The notes: a model not told the origin generated them from the letters alone. A DNA stretch of 64,000 nucleotides from Candidatus Marinacidobacterales bacterium (GCA_965226495.1 OZ245365.1:448001-512000), one strand, 5' to 3'. Counted from the stretch's first letter, positions 1 through 9,838 are shown. Translations and numbers: made by a program.

Positions 1-35
1 TGGCGGAGCTCGTTCCGACCGAGAGGGCGAAATGA
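1..35 (+). CDS. 3' end of upstream gene (partial; PilN-like by context only)
   Basis: Open frame AELVPTERAK* ends in a TGA (33-35) that overlaps the next ATG (ATGA). Confidence 0.4.
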   Translation, partial: AELVPTERAK

Positions 36-541
36 AGACCGCTTTACTTCTGGCACTATTAGGCGCGAACGGAGTGGCTTTCGCGCTCATCACCAATCCT
101 ACGAGGCGGGAGCTCGGCGAGCTCCAACGACAAACTGACGACCTCGAGGAGACCCATACTCGTCGCTCGATAGAAGCGGACCAGTGGAAGGAGCTCCAAG
201 CTTTGGTTCGCCTCTCCGCGTTGCGGTTGGGGCCCACGCCGACTCAGAGCAAGCTCCAACTCTCGGTTCTCCAGGGTGTTCTTCTCGAAGCCGAGCAAGG
301 TCTCGCTATCCGTCGGAGCTCCATGGACATACGCCTCGACAGCGAAGTGCCGGTCGGTTTTCACGGATACCGAATCGACATGGAAACGAGCGGGGATTTT
401 GCCAGCATTTACCAGTACCTGCACCGGGTGTCGCGATTGGCAGTTCCACTGAGGCTGTTGAGAATGCAACTGACCGAGGATTCTGCCTCGGCTCTTCGTC
501 TCACTGGGACCTGGACGACGCTGTGGCCGGACTCGCAATGA
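32..541 (+). CDS. PilO/GspM-like inner-membrane assembly protein
   Basis: N-terminal TM, coiled coil, and a C-terminal 'IDMETSGDFASIYQYLHRVSRL..LRL' segment typical of the PilO ferredoxin-like fold. Confidence 0.6.
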   Translation: MKTALLLALLGANGVAFALITNPTRRELGELQRQTDDLEETHTRRSIEADQWKELQALVRLSALRLGPTPTQSKLQLSVLQGVLLEAEQGLAIRRSSMDIRLDSEVPVGFHGYRIDMETSGDFASIYQYLHRVSRLAVPLRLLRMQLTEDSASALRLTGTWTTLWPDSQ

Positions 542-581
542 CTCCCAATGAGCATCCTGTGCACTTAGAAGCAAGCCGGCC

Positions 582-1091
582 ATGAAGTGGTTGGCAGCAT
601 CGGCACTGGTCCTTGGCGCGGGCGCCCTGCTTTGGTTGTCACTAAGCCCTTCCCCTGCGGCCATTCAAGAGACTCCTCGGGTCGAGCGCGCAACCTCTTC
701 TCTTCCCGAAGGGCTCTCACGCGAGAGTCTTGCACGACTCCGGAACTGGCTGCAGGAGGAAAGCGCGGGCCAGCAGCAGCCTCCCGAACGGGACATCTTC
801 CGGGAGGCCGTAGAGCCCCTGCCGACGTTCCAATCCACTCCCGACGAGCCGGAGGTCACCGCGTTCGTGTCTTCTATTCCGGCGCCTCAACTGGTCGGCT
901 TCGTATTACGCGACGAGGACCGGGAGACCTCCCGGGTTTTGGCCGCTATCCGATTCGAAGGGAGAGTATGGTTGGTCGGGGAGGGTGAGCTCGTCGGAAG
1001 CTATCGAGTGCAGCAGATCGACTTGGAGGACGAAGAGGTCTTTCTAGTTGAAGAAGCGAGTGGTCAGCTGAGTCGCATTGGGATTGAATAG
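582..1091 (+). CDS. membrane-anchored protein, PilP/GspC-like
   Basis: N-terminal TM, 'RDIFR' motif, 'LVGFV..LAAIRFEGRVWLVGEGELVGSYRVQQI' beta domain; follows the PilO-like gene. Confidence 0.5.
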   Translation: MKWLAASALVLGAGALLWLSLSPSPAAIQETPRVERATSSLPEGLSRESLARLRNWLQEESAGQQQPPERDIFREAVEPLPTFQSTPDEPEVTAFVSSIPAPQLVGFVLRDEDRETSRVLAAIRFEGRVWLVGEGELVGSYRVQQIDLEDEEVFLVEEASGQLSRIGIE

Positions 1092-1094
1092 AGA

Positions 1095-1751
1095 TCAGAA
1101 CTGCAGGTAGCGGGAGGGTATCCCTGCCCTCCTACCCTTTTGGATCACGTCATCCTTGAGTGCCTTCTTCTGTCCCTCTAGCTCTTTGTTCTTGTCTCGA
1201 AGTTGCTGCTGTTCGTTCCTCAAAGCGGGGATGCCGGCCGGATTGCGCGGGGTCATGTCGGCTTGCGGTGCGGTGGGTAATCCCGTGCCGCCGGTCGAGA
1301 CGAGCTCCTCTTGAATGTCCGCAATCCGTTGATTGTTTTTCTGTATCTCCGCATCGATCGTCTGGGCCTGTTTCTGATAACCGGCCTTCATCGCTTCGAA
1401 GGTCTTTAACTTGTCTTCGATCGCGGCGTCGGCAGCGACATCTTCGGGAACTTCATCGTCGGTCGACCTGTCGTCCCCGCTGGTCGAGTCGCCACTGGTC
1501 TTAGAGGAGGGCTCGCGTGCTTCCGCCGCCGCGGTGGGTGGAGTCGAAGTTATTTGGGCGTCGGGGTTGGCAATCGTCCCGCTGTTCTCCACCAGCTCCT
1601 TCTCTGTGATCACGTGGACTTGCCCGCCCTGCTCTTTGTTCTTCTTGCGCCTTTCCTTTTCCTCTTTCGCCAGCTCGCTGAGAGACTGGGCGACCAACAG
1701 GGCTGGGACTGCGAGGACAAGGGATAGACCGATCAGGATTCGCCACCTCAT
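1095..1751 (-). CDS. secreted coiled-coil hypothetical protein
   Basis: Signal peptide, 'QSLSELAKEEKERR..VITEKEL' N-terminus, low-complexity linker, coiled coils. Confidence 0.75.
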   Translation of the reverse strand: MRWRILIGLSLVLAVPALLVAQSLSELAKEEKERRKKNKEQGGQVHVITEKELVENSGTIANPDAQITSTPPTAAAEAREPSSKTSGDSTSGDDRSTDDEVPEDVAADAAIEDKLKTFEAMKAGYQKQAQTIDAEIQKNNQRIADIQEELVSTGGTGLPTAPQADMTPRNPAGIPALRNEQQQLRDKNKELEGQKKALKDDVIQKGRRAGIPSRYLQF

Positions 1752-1863
1752 AGTCCTATTGTAGTTCTGGGGGAGGAGGCCTTCAAGTGAGCCTCTTGGA
1801 GGAGCCGAGTACGAACAAGAACTAGACCCTCCCTGACCAGACAGCCATTAACTCACACTAGAA

Positions 1864-1890
1864 TAAGCACTTGCGCTGGTAGAGTGCTGC
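1864..1890. promoter_or_regulatory. CIRCE-like (HrcA) inverted repeat
   Basis: TAAGCACTT-N9-GAGTGCTGC vs consensus TTAGCACTC-N9-GAGTGCTAA (14/18, exact spacing), in a divergent intergenic region. Confidence 0.35.
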
Positions 1891-2012
1891 CAGCCTAAAC
1901 CAACTCTCCCGTTCGACCTCGACTTGTCGACCTCGCACCCGGGAGACATAAGTCTTGTTGCCGGGGTAGTTCCGTAAACATATGATTGGTAGGCAATTTA
2001 GGAGGTTGTACG

Positions 2013-3320
2013 ATGGGTGTAATTGCAGGCCGGATGGCCGCGCTCGGGACGGAGAACGCCTTCAAGGTGGGCGAGGACATTGCTCGCGCCGAGAAACGAG
2101 GCGTAGACGTGATTCGGTTCACGCTGGGAGAACCAGATTTCGCCAGCCCACCGCACGTCAATCAAGTCGGCATCGACAACATTCTGGCGGGGAACACTCA
2201 TTACGTTGATCCTGCCGGGATCGCGCCGTTCCGCAAGGCGGTTGCCGATCATGTGTCTCGGACTCGAGGTCTATCGATCGACCCGGAACGCGTGGTGGGT
2301 CTGCCGGGAGCCAAGCCTGGGATCGGCTACTCCGTGACGACATACGTCGACCCGGGCGACGAAGTGATTTACCCGAGCCCGGGGTTCCCGATCTATGAGT
2401 CATGGGTGACGTTCGTGGGTGCAAAACCGGTACCGCTGCAACTGCGACAGGAAAACGACTTTGCCTTCGCTCCCGAGGAGATGGAAGCGCTCATTACGCC
2501 GCAGACCAAGCTGATTATTCTGTGCTCTCCGTCGAATCCAACCGGTGGAGTGCTCTCCCGCGAGGTTCTGGACGGCGTCGCAGAAGTCATCAAGAAAAAG
2601 GCACGTCCCGACATTCGAGTCTATTCGGACGAGATTTACGAGCAGATCACGTACGACGGTTTCAAGCACTGCTCGATAGCCTCGGTTCCGGGGATGGAGG
2701 AGCGGACGGTCATCTCCAGTGGTCATTCCAAAAGTTTCGCGATGACGGGCTGGCGAATCGGATTCGTTGTTCTTCCAACCGTGGAGGAGGCGAGGCTCTT
2801 CAAGCAGCTCAACATCAATACCGTCAGTTGTGTGCCGCCGTTCATTCAGGAAGCGGCTCGGGAAGCTTTCGAAAATCCGAAGACCTCCGAGGTGGTTGCC
2901 CACATGGTCGGTGAGTTCAAGAAGAGGCGGGATTACATGGTGCCAGCGCTCAACGATGTGCCGGGTGTCAGCTGCCTCAAGCCGCTGGGTGCCTTTTACC
3001 TCTTTCCGGAAGTAGATGGACTCTGTGGTGACCTGGGCATCCACGAGTTCTATCGCAAAATGCCGGGAACCGTGCAAGCCATGACCAGCCCCTCCACATT
3101 ATTGATGCGGTTCCTCATCTACAATCACGGCGTCGCCGTCGTGGATCGACGAAGCTTCGGAGCCATCGGAAGTGAAGGGCAGCACTTCGTGCGATTCAGT
3201 ATCGCGACCGATCTGGAGACTCTGAGGCGGGGTGTCGATCGCCTCGCCAAGGCGAGCAAGGACCGAGATGGGTTCGTCTCTTTCACCAAGGATCGAGAAG
3301 CAGTTGGGGTTGAGATATGA
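2013..3320 (+). CDS. PLP-dependent aminotransferase class I/II (aspartate aminotransferase-like)
   Basis: GEPDF, SPSNPTG, DEIY, SKSFAMTGWRIG motifs; AGGAGG RBS favours ATG 2013. Confidence 0.9.
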   Translation: MGVIAGRMAALGTENAFKVGEDIARAEKRGVDVIRFTLGEPDFASPPHVNQVGIDNILAGNTHYVDPAGIAPFRKAVADHVSRTRGLSIDPERVVGLPGAKPGIGYSVTTYVDPGDEVIYPSPGFPIYESWVTFVGAKPVPLQLRQENDFAFAPEEMEALITPQTKLIILCSPSNPTGGVLSREVLDGVAEVIKKKARPDIRVYSDEIYEQITYDGFKHCSIASVPGMEERTVISSGHSKSFAMTGWRIGFVVLPTVEEARLFKQLNINTVSCVPPFIQEAAREAFENPKTSEVVAHMVGEFKKRRDYMVPALNDVPGVSCLKPLGAFYLFPEVDGLCGDLGIHEFYRKMPGTVQAMTSPSTLLMRFLIYNHGVAVVDRRSFGAIGSEGQHFVRFSIATDLETLRRGVDRLAKASKDRDGFVSFTKDREAVGVEI

Positions 3321-4336
3321 AAATCTTCATGACCCGAAACATTCCTGACGCCGGTTTCGAAATCTTGAAAAGCGCCGGCGATGTTCACGTTGCCGAGAAC
3401 GCTGGCAACCACATCGTCCCTAAGGAGAAGGTCATCGAGGGCGTGAAGGCCGCCGACGTACTCGTCTCGCTGCTTACCGAGCCCATCGACCGTCCAGTCC
3501 TCGAGGCAGGCTCGAGTCTGCTTGGGGTGGCCAATTATGCGGTGGGATTCAACAACATCGACTTGGCGGTGGCGACCGAGCTCGGGCTTCCGGTCACGAA
3601 CACACCGGGTATACTCACCGACACGACGGCCGACCTTGCTTGGACTCTCCTGATGGCGGTAGCGCGCAACATTGTTCCTGCCGACAAGTACATGCGAGGC
3701 GGCCGTTTTCGTCTCTGGGGGCCGAGCCTGTTTCTGGGCGCGGATATCAGCCGCGGTGGTGACAACGAGCCCAAGACTCTGGGCATCGTAGGCTTTGGCC
3801 GCATCGGGCAGGCGGTCTACCGCCGTTCGCGTGGGTTCGAGATGCGGGTGCTAGCCTACGACCCGCCGCTCAAGGACCTCATTGCGAAGACGGAGGGCGT
3901 CGAGTACGCCGAGATGGGTCGTCTCCTCGATGAAAGCGACTTTGTAACCATTCACACCGTGCTAGACGACAGCACCCGTCACCTCTTCAATGCCGAATCT
4001 TTCGAGAAGATGAAATCGACCGCCTACCTCGTCAATACCGCACGGGGTCCGATCGTCGATGAAAAGGCTTTGGTGGAGGCGCTTCGTGAGAGAAAGATTG
4101 CGGGGGCGGCATTGGATGTCTTCGAGAACGAGCCGGAGATGGCACCCGGCTTGACCGAGCTCGATAACGTCGTCGTCGTACCTCACATCGCGAGCGCCAG
4201 TCGCGATACTCGAAATCGGATGGCGACGATGTGCGCCGAAAACGCCGTGGCCCATCTCAAAAGGGAGAAGGCTCCCAATTGCGTTAATCCAGACGTCTAC
4301 GAGACGGAGGCCTATCGGCGGCGGATCCGGAAGTAG
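3317..4336 (+). CDS. D-2-hydroxyacid dehydrogenase (glyoxylate/hydroxypyruvate reductase-like)
   Basis: VTNTPG, GFGRIG, VNTARG, LDVFENEP, PHIAS motifs; ATGA overlap with the aminotransferase. Confidence 0.9.
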   Translation: MKIFMTRNIPDAGFEILKSAGDVHVAENAGNHIVPKEKVIEGVKAADVLVSLLTEPIDRPVLEAGSSLLGVANYAVGFNNIDLAVATELGLPVTNTPGILTDTTADLAWTLLMAVARNIVPADKYMRGGRFRLWGPSLFLGADISRGGDNEPKTLGIVGFGRIGQAVYRRSRGFEMRVLAYDPPLKDLIAKTEGVEYAEMGRLLDESDFVTIHTVLDDSTRHLFNAESFEKMKSTAYLVNTARGPIVDEKALVEALRERKIAGAALDVFENEPEMAPGLTELDNVVVVPHIASASRDTRNRMATMCAENAVAHLKREKAPNCVNPDVYETEAYRRRIRK

Positions 4337-4339
4337 TCG

Positions 4340-5107
4340 TCATTCCCACTGGGGATCCCGTTTTTCTCGGTAGGCCGCGGCGGCCTCATTGAAGTCTGTC
4401 GAAGCCATCGCGACCGCCTGCAACTGGATGTACTCTTCGTAGAAGTCCTTGAAGTCCAGATCGAAGGCCCGGTTGGTGGCCAACTTGGCCATCCGGCTTC
4501 CCTTGGAGCAAATTCGTAAGTATTTGCCGACGTACTCCTCGAACTCCTCACGATACTTGTCCTGGTCCACCAAGTGATCGGCTAGCCCGATGCGGGCCGC
4601 CTCCTCGCCGTCGATGTTCTCGCCGGAAAGAATCATCCACCTTGCGCGCCCCATCCCGACGAAGCGGGGTAATCGCCACGTTCCGAGACCGGGAATCAGT
4701 GACTCTCTGATTGCCGGCAACCCGATCTTCGCAGTAGACGTCGAGATGCGGATATCGGCGGCCATGGCTAACTGCAGTCCGCCTCCCAAGCAATAGCCGT
4801 GAATCAAGCAGAGGACGATCGGCTCCATCGTTTCGAATTTGCGGAGCGCCCCCTCCCATTGGTCATGGTAGGTAATGTTTATCTTCCCCGCCGCAATTTC
4901 TTTCAAATCGATTCCGGTGCAAAAGGCTCGTCCCGCGCCGGTGATGGCGACGACCCGAATGGAGGGGTCGACCGATATTTGATCGGCCACGGTATTGAGG
5001 TCGTACGTCGCCTGGTTGTTCATCGCGTTCAAGAGTTGGGGGCGGTTCAGCGTGACGCGCGCCACCTTCCCGTCTTTTTCCCAACCCATCGTTTCGAGTT
5101 CTCCCAT
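4340..5107 (-). CDS. enoyl-CoA hydratase/isomerase family protein
   Basis: LNRPQLLNAM, AFCTGIDL, GYCLGGG crotonase motifs. Confidence 0.9.
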   Translation of the reverse strand: MGELETMGWEKDGKVARVTLNRPQLLNAMNNQATYDLNTVADQISVDPSIRVVAITGAGRAFCTGIDLKEIAAGKINITYHDQWEGALRKFETMEPIVLCLIHGYCLGGGLQLAMAADIRISTSTAKIGLPAIRESLIPGLGTWRLPRFVGMGRARWMILSGENIDGEEAARIGLADHLVDQDKYREEFEEYVGKYLRICSKGSRMAKLATNRAFDLDFKDFYEEYIQLQAVAMASTDFNEAAAAYREKRDPQWE

Positions 5108-5233
5108 AGGGCCTCCTTAAGTGCGCCATAACGCAGCCATGAGTTCATGCGGAGTCGCTTGTCGGCCGCCAAAATAGGTTGTTGCCAATCTCTAGCGAGC
5201 CAGGCGGGCACTCAGTTCTCGCTTGCCGGCAAA

Positions 5234-6568
5234 TTACGCGTTGCCTTGTCCGGAGCTAGCCAGGCGGCGGTCGATAACGCGAACCGCCTTTCCTTGGCTT
5301 CTTGGGATTTGGCCAGGGCCTACGACTCGGAGTTTAACGCGGATACCCAGACTCTGTTGTAAGGCGTCGATCGCCTGCCCTTGGGTCTTCACAACCGCGG
5401 GCTCGCCGCCTCGGTGGACCTCCTCGGAACTCTCCACCCAAACTTCCAAGTCATCGAGCCGATCCGCAGTGCGGTCCACGATGATCTGATAATGAGGCGC
5501 GAGCCCGGCGACTTGGAGTAGCGCCTGTTCGACCTGCGACGGGAACACGTTGACCCCCCGGATGATGAGCATGTCGTCGGTCCGCCCGAGTAATTTGCTC
5601 ATCCGCGCGGTCGTCCGACCGCACGCACAGGGTTCCCGCGAGAGGCTTACCCGGTCGCGGGTCCGGTAGCGGAGGAGCGGAAGTGCTTCCTTAGTGAGGG
5701 TCGTGAAGACGAGCTCGCCCTCGGACCCATCGGGCAACCGCGCACCGCTTTCCGGATCGACGACTTCGGGGAGAAAGTGATCTTCGGCGATGTGAAGCCC
5801 GTCGTGCTCGCTGCACTCCACGGCGACGCCGGGGCCGATGATCTCAGAGAGCCCGTAGACATCAAAGGCCTCCAGTCCCAGGCGGCGCTCGATCTCCCCG
5901 CGAATCGATTCCGACCAAGGCTCGGCTCCGAAGAATCCGGCGCGAAGCTTCATGCTTCCCGGAAAGTCGATCCCTTCCTCTCGGGCCGTTTCCGCGAGTA
6001 CCAGGGCGTAGGAGGGAGTGCAACAAAGGATGGTTGCGCCGAAGTCCTTCATGAGCATGAGCTGTCGCTTGGTGAACCCGCCGGAGACAGGAACCGTGGC
6101 CGCACCGATGGTCTCGGCGCCGAGACCGAACCCCAAGCCTCCCGTAAAGAGCCCGTAACCGTAGGCGTTGTGGACCACGTCCGTCGCGGTTCCATCGGCC
6201 GCCTCCAAGGAGCGAACCATGACCTCCGACCAAACCTCCATGTCACGCTCGGTGTAACCAACGACGGTGGGTTTGCCGGTCGTTCCACTAGACGCGTGGA
6301 GGCGAATGACCCGCTCGAGGGGTACCGCGAACATCCCGAATGGGTATCCGTCGCGCAGGTCTCGCTTGGTCGTGAACGGCAGTTTCTCCAAATCGTCGAG
6401 GGAACGGATGCTGTCCGACTGGATGCCGCTCTTGTCGAAGAGCCGCCGATAATGCGGTACGGCTGCACCGAGCCTCGCGACGAGTTCCTGAAGTCGTCCG
6501 AGCTGCAAGGACTCCCGCTCCTGGCGGCCCATGTTTTCCATCGGTCTACTCCGGCTCGCCGAGTTCAT
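5234..6568 (-). CDS. paaK: phenylacetate--CoA ligase
   Basis: HASSGTTGKPT, YGYGLFTGGLG, GAEPWS, YGLSE, RYRTRD, GVNVFPSQ motifs. Confidence 0.9.
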   Translation of the reverse strand: MNSASRSRPMENMGRQERESLQLGRLQELVARLGAAVPHYRRLFDKSGIQSDSIRSLDDLEKLPFTTKRDLRDGYPFGMFAVPLERVIRLHASSGTTGKPTVVGYTERDMEVWSEVMVRSLEAADGTATDVVHNAYGYGLFTGGLGFGLGAETIGAATVPVSGGFTKRQLMLMKDFGATILCCTPSYALVLAETAREEGIDFPGSMKLRAGFFGAEPWSESIRGEIERRLGLEAFDVYGLSEIIGPGVAVECSEHDGLHIAEDHFLPEVVDPESGARLPDGSEGELVFTTLTKEALPLLRYRTRDRVSLSREPCACGRTTARMSKLLGRTDDMLIIRGVNVFPSQVEQALLQVAGLAPHYQIIVDRTADRLDDLEVWVESSEEVHRGGEPAVVKTQGQAIDALQQSLGIRVKLRVVGPGQIPRSQGKAVRVIDRRLASSGQGNA

Positions 6569-6671
6569 CGATGTGGTGTTTAGTACAGCATCCTAGGCGC
6601 TAAGACAAGTTCCAGCTAGACTTTAGACGCTAAGGCGGTTTATTGTTATTCTGAGGGGGAGAGGGAAGTCA

Positions 6672-7115
6672 GTGGGCCAAGATCACATCATTCTCTACGA
6701 CGGCGTCTGCGGTCTGTGTAACCGCCTCAACCGGTTCGTGATCCGCCGCGATCGAAAGGGGAGTTTCCGCTTCGCATCGTTGCAGAGCCACTTCGCTGCC
6801 GAGGCGCTGGCCGCCTACGGGAAGGATCCACGAGACCTAGACACGCTCTATGTCATCGCTCGACCTGGCACGCCGTCCGAGAGTCTTCTCGTGAGATCCG
6901 AGGCGGTGTTCTTCATACTCAGAGAACTGGGCGGGCCCTGGCGCCTCGCCGGGGTTCTCGGGTATCTACCTAACGGCCTACTTAATTTTGGCTACAATCT
7001 CGTCGCCCGGAATCGCTATCGTGTTTTTGGGCGATACGATGCCTGCCAAATCCCCAACCCCGAAGATAGAGACAAGTTTATCGAAGTCGAGGACGTCTCG
7101 TCGCGCGCGTCATAA
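6672..7115 (+). CDS. DCC1-like thiol-disulfide oxidoreductase (DUF393)
   Basis: YDGVCGLCN motif, FASLQS, YNLVARNRYRVFG. Confidence 0.9.
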   Translation: MGQDHIILYDGVCGLCNRLNRFVIRRDRKGSFRFASLQSHFAAEALAAYGKDPRDLDTLYVIARPGTPSESLLVRSEAVFFILRELGGPWRLAGVLGYLPNGLLNFGYNLVARNRYRVFGRYDACQIPNPEDRDKFIEVEDVSSRAS

Positions 7116-7140
7116 TTGCCCCTCACCGGCCCCCTCCCTA

Positions 7141-7291
7141 CCCTCACCCAGGCCCTTTCCCAAAGGGAGAGGGATTGACGGAAGAAGAGACCAACTCAGA
7201 GGGAGAGGGGTTGAAGGACGAAGAAACCATCTTACCCTCACCCCACCCTCTCCCAGAGGGAGAGGGGTTGAAGGACGAAGAAACCATCTTA
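7141..7291. repeat. REP-like cluster (CCCTCACCC..CCCTCTCCC..GGGAGAGGG family) with an exact 38-bp direct repeat
   Basis: Hairpin units at 7141-7173 and 7235-7267; 7197-7234 is identical to 7254-7291. Confidence 0.8.
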
Positions 7292-7311
7292 AGCCCTGGT
7301 TTGGCACTATG

Positions 7312-7340
7312 TTGACAGGGGTGGCCGGCAACGCTATAGT
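7312..7340 (+). promoter_or_regulatory. sigma70-type promoter for the kinase-WD40 gene
   Basis: TTGACA-17 bp-TATAGT, about 50 bp upstream of ATG 7390. Confidence 0.7.
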
Positions 7341-7389
7341 CGTTTTCCTACGTTCCTCGAGGCACGCGAAGCTCTAAGATACCAGCCAA

Positions 7390-9609
7390 ATGTCAGTTCC
7401 TGAAAAAATCGGCAAATACAAGATCCTAGGCGAGCTAGGAAGAGGAGCGATGGGTACGGTTTACAAGGCCCAAGATCCGGACCTCGGCCGGGAGGTGGCG
7501 ATCAAGACGATGTCCGAGGAGCTTCTGGCGGAGAAGGACATGAAGGATCGTTTCCTCCGTGAGGCTCGGTCCGCCGCGGCGATTCAACATCCCAACATCG
7601 TGACCATCTTCGAGCTGGGCGTGCATGAGGATAAGCACTTCATCGCCATGGAGCTACTCGGTGGACTCGATCTCGCAGAGGTCGTCGACCATCAACAGAA
7701 GCTCACCCGGCTTGAGGACAAAATTAAGTTAGTAACCCAGGTGTGCCGCGGTCTCGACTTCGCTCACAAACGGGGGGTCATTCACCGAGATATCAAGCCC
7801 GGAAACATTCAGGTTCTTCCTGACGGAACCGCCAAGATCCTAGATTTCGGTATTGCGCGGCTCGTCGGTGCTACGGGAACAAAAACCAAGACCGGTTTGG
7901 TGATGGGGACACCCACCTATATGGCACCCGAACAAATCAAGGGCGAGCCAGTCGATCATCGATCCGACATGTGGGCGGTGGGGACGATCCTCTACGAGCT
8001 TCTGAGTGGGCACCGGCCCTTCGAGACAGATACCGTTCCCAGCCTGATCTATAAGATTGTCCATGCCTCACCACCGCCACTCGACGCCCGTGCAATGGGT
8101 CTTCCCGATGGCGTCGTGGAGGTCGTCAAACGCGCACTGACCAAGGATCCAGATGGTCGCTTTCGCGATCTCGCCGAGATGGCGGATGCTCTTCAACAGG
8201 CGATGGGTGCACCGGTCGCCGACGCAAGTTTGACCGATGAGGCGAGGGAGAGCACCTATTCGAGGAATCTCGGGCTTGCTCGCACGCTTCGCGACCAGGC
8301 GGAACCCGCGCGAGCACTGGAAGCGGCGCGGCGTGCGCAGGCACTCGAGCCATCCCGTCCCGAAGTGTCGGACCTGATCACATTGCTCGAGCGGGAGCTC
8401 AATGAGCAAGCCGACCAGCCCACGTTGGCGCAACCGTCGCCGGGGAATCGTCGGGTGCCGACCGACGCGAAGATCGATGCCGAAAAATGGATCGACGAGG
8501 CTCGTTTGGCGTTGACTGGTGGCAACCCCACCGAAGCGCTCCGCATCGTGGACGATGTTCTGGCGATCGATCCGAAATTCCCGCCGGCGGTCGAGCTGCG
8601 CGAGATCTTGGACAAACCTGCCGCACCGGGACGAGTGCGAACCGGACAACACCGAACGTTCACAGGCACCGAGGCAAGGCTCAGGGCGGGAGCTCAGTTT
8701 CACGAGGAAGTTACGTTCGGGGAGCCGGTCGGGATCCGCGCTGTCGCCATATCGCCGATGGAGAACTTGGTGGCAGTAGGGGGTCTCGATGGTGCGATTC
8801 GCCTGTGGGGCCTCGAGGTTCGCAACAAGTTGGCGACCCTGCGGAGCGACATGCACAAGCGGACTGGCCACGAGGGTTTGGTTACGACGTTGGTCATGTC
8901 TGCCGACGGAGCGTTGCTTGCGTCCGGTCACCTCGATGGCGCCATACACATTTGGAGCCTAGACACCGGCGAAGAAATGCAAGTGAAGTTGGGGCACGAT
9001 TCCGCGGTGGGCGCCATGTCCTTCTCGCCGGACGGGAAGACCTTGGCCTCCGGTGGACAAGATGCCGCTCTCAAACTTTGGGAGCTCGAAGCCTTGCGTT
9101 TCGGTGAAGCACGCCGTCGCATCTACCGGCAGCCGTCGGGTGTCAGCTCCTTAGTCTATGCACGCGACGGTGCGGTCATCGTTACCGGTCATACGAACCG
9201 GCTCATGCGTGTTCAGGACGCGGCAACCGGGAGACTTACTTCCACGCTTCGTGGTCACGAGGCTGGCGTTACCTGTCTGACCAACTCGCCGTACGGGCAC
9301 GTGATCGCCAGCGGAGGGCAGGATCGGACCATACGCCTTTTCGATCTCGAGCAGCGAGTCCAGGTGGCGGCACTCGAAGGGCACAAAAGAGCGATCTCCT
9401 CTATAGACTTCTTTCCCGACGGCGAGCATTTGGCTACCGTCGCGATGGACAACTCGCTCATCTTATGGGATCTGAAAAAGGGGACGCCCTCTGCAACGCT
9501 CTGGGGAACTCAGGAAGAAGCATTCGCCAGCGTGGCGGTCCTAGGTCAGGGGCGGCAGATCGCCTCCGCCATGTCGGACGGTCGCATTCGAATCTGGGCC
9601 GTTAGCTAG
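7390..9609 (+). CDS. Hanks-type Ser/Thr kinase with helical/TPR-like linker and C-terminal WD40 repeats
   Basis: GRGAMG, VAIK, HRDIKPGN, DFG, YMAPE; repeated GH...W(D) WD40 units; no obvious TM. Confidence 0.9.
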   Translation: MSVPEKIGKYKILGELGRGAMGTVYKAQDPDLGREVAIKTMSEELLAEKDMKDRFLREARSAAAIQHPNIVTIFELGVHEDKHFIAMELLGGLDLAEVVDHQQKLTRLEDKIKLVTQVCRGLDFAHKRGVIHRDIKPGNIQVLPDGTAKILDFGIARLVGATGTKTKTGLVMGTPTYMAPEQIKGEPVDHRSDMWAVGTILYELLSGHRPFETDTVPSLIYKIVHASPPPLDARAMGLPDGVVEVVKRALTKDPDGRFRDLAEMADALQQAMGAPVADASLTDEARESTYSRNLGLARTLRDQAEPARALEAARRAQALEPSRPEVSDLITLLERELNEQADQPTLAQPSPGNRRVPTDAKIDAEKWIDEARLALTGGNPTEALRIVDDVLAIDPKFPPAVELREILDKPAAPGRVRTGQHRTFTGTEARLRAGAQFHEEVTFGEPVGIRAVAISPMENLVAVGGLDGAIRLWGLEVRNKLATLRSDMHKRTGHEGLVTTLVMSADGALLASGHLDGAIHIWSLDTGEEMQVKLGHDSAVGAMSFSPDGKTLASGGQDAALKLWELEALRFGEARRRIYRQPSGVSSLVYARDGAVIVTGHTNRLMRVQDAATGRLTSTLRGHEAGVTCLTNSPYGHVIASGGQDRTIRLFDLEQRVQVAALEGHKRAISSIDFFPDGEHLATVAMDNSLILWDLKKGTPSATLWGTQEEAFASVAVLGQGRQIASAMSDGRIRIWAVS

Positions 9610-9828
9610 TCCCCGGTATCAATAGTACGACGTCACATAATTCTCGGGCCCTTTTGCGCGCTGGCTTCGTTGCGACATCGGTGCAGTTCGGCCTTCGGCC
9701 TAGCCCTCCGCTCGGCCGGCTCGCTGCGGAAGGCGGTAGAAATATCCAGATATGACTTCGTCGGCCCGCCTCGCCGGCACACAAAATGGCCACGCCTTAT
9801 GCAACGAGGCACTGATACAGGGGACTAG
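9606..9828. mobile_element. MITE-like non-autonomous element (~223 bp)
   Basis: Terminal inverted repeats CTAGTCCCCGGTATCA / TGATACAGGGGACTAG (15/16), weaker IR continuing inward, CTAG at both ends, no credible ORF. Confidence 0.65.
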
Positions 9829-9838
9829 CCGATCCCCC

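Noticed and set aside
7141-7291. Possible mini-CRISPR (repeated ~35-bp units)
   Set aside because: The would-be spacers are themselves repeated, there are only 2-3 irregular units and no cas genes; it fits a REP-like cluster
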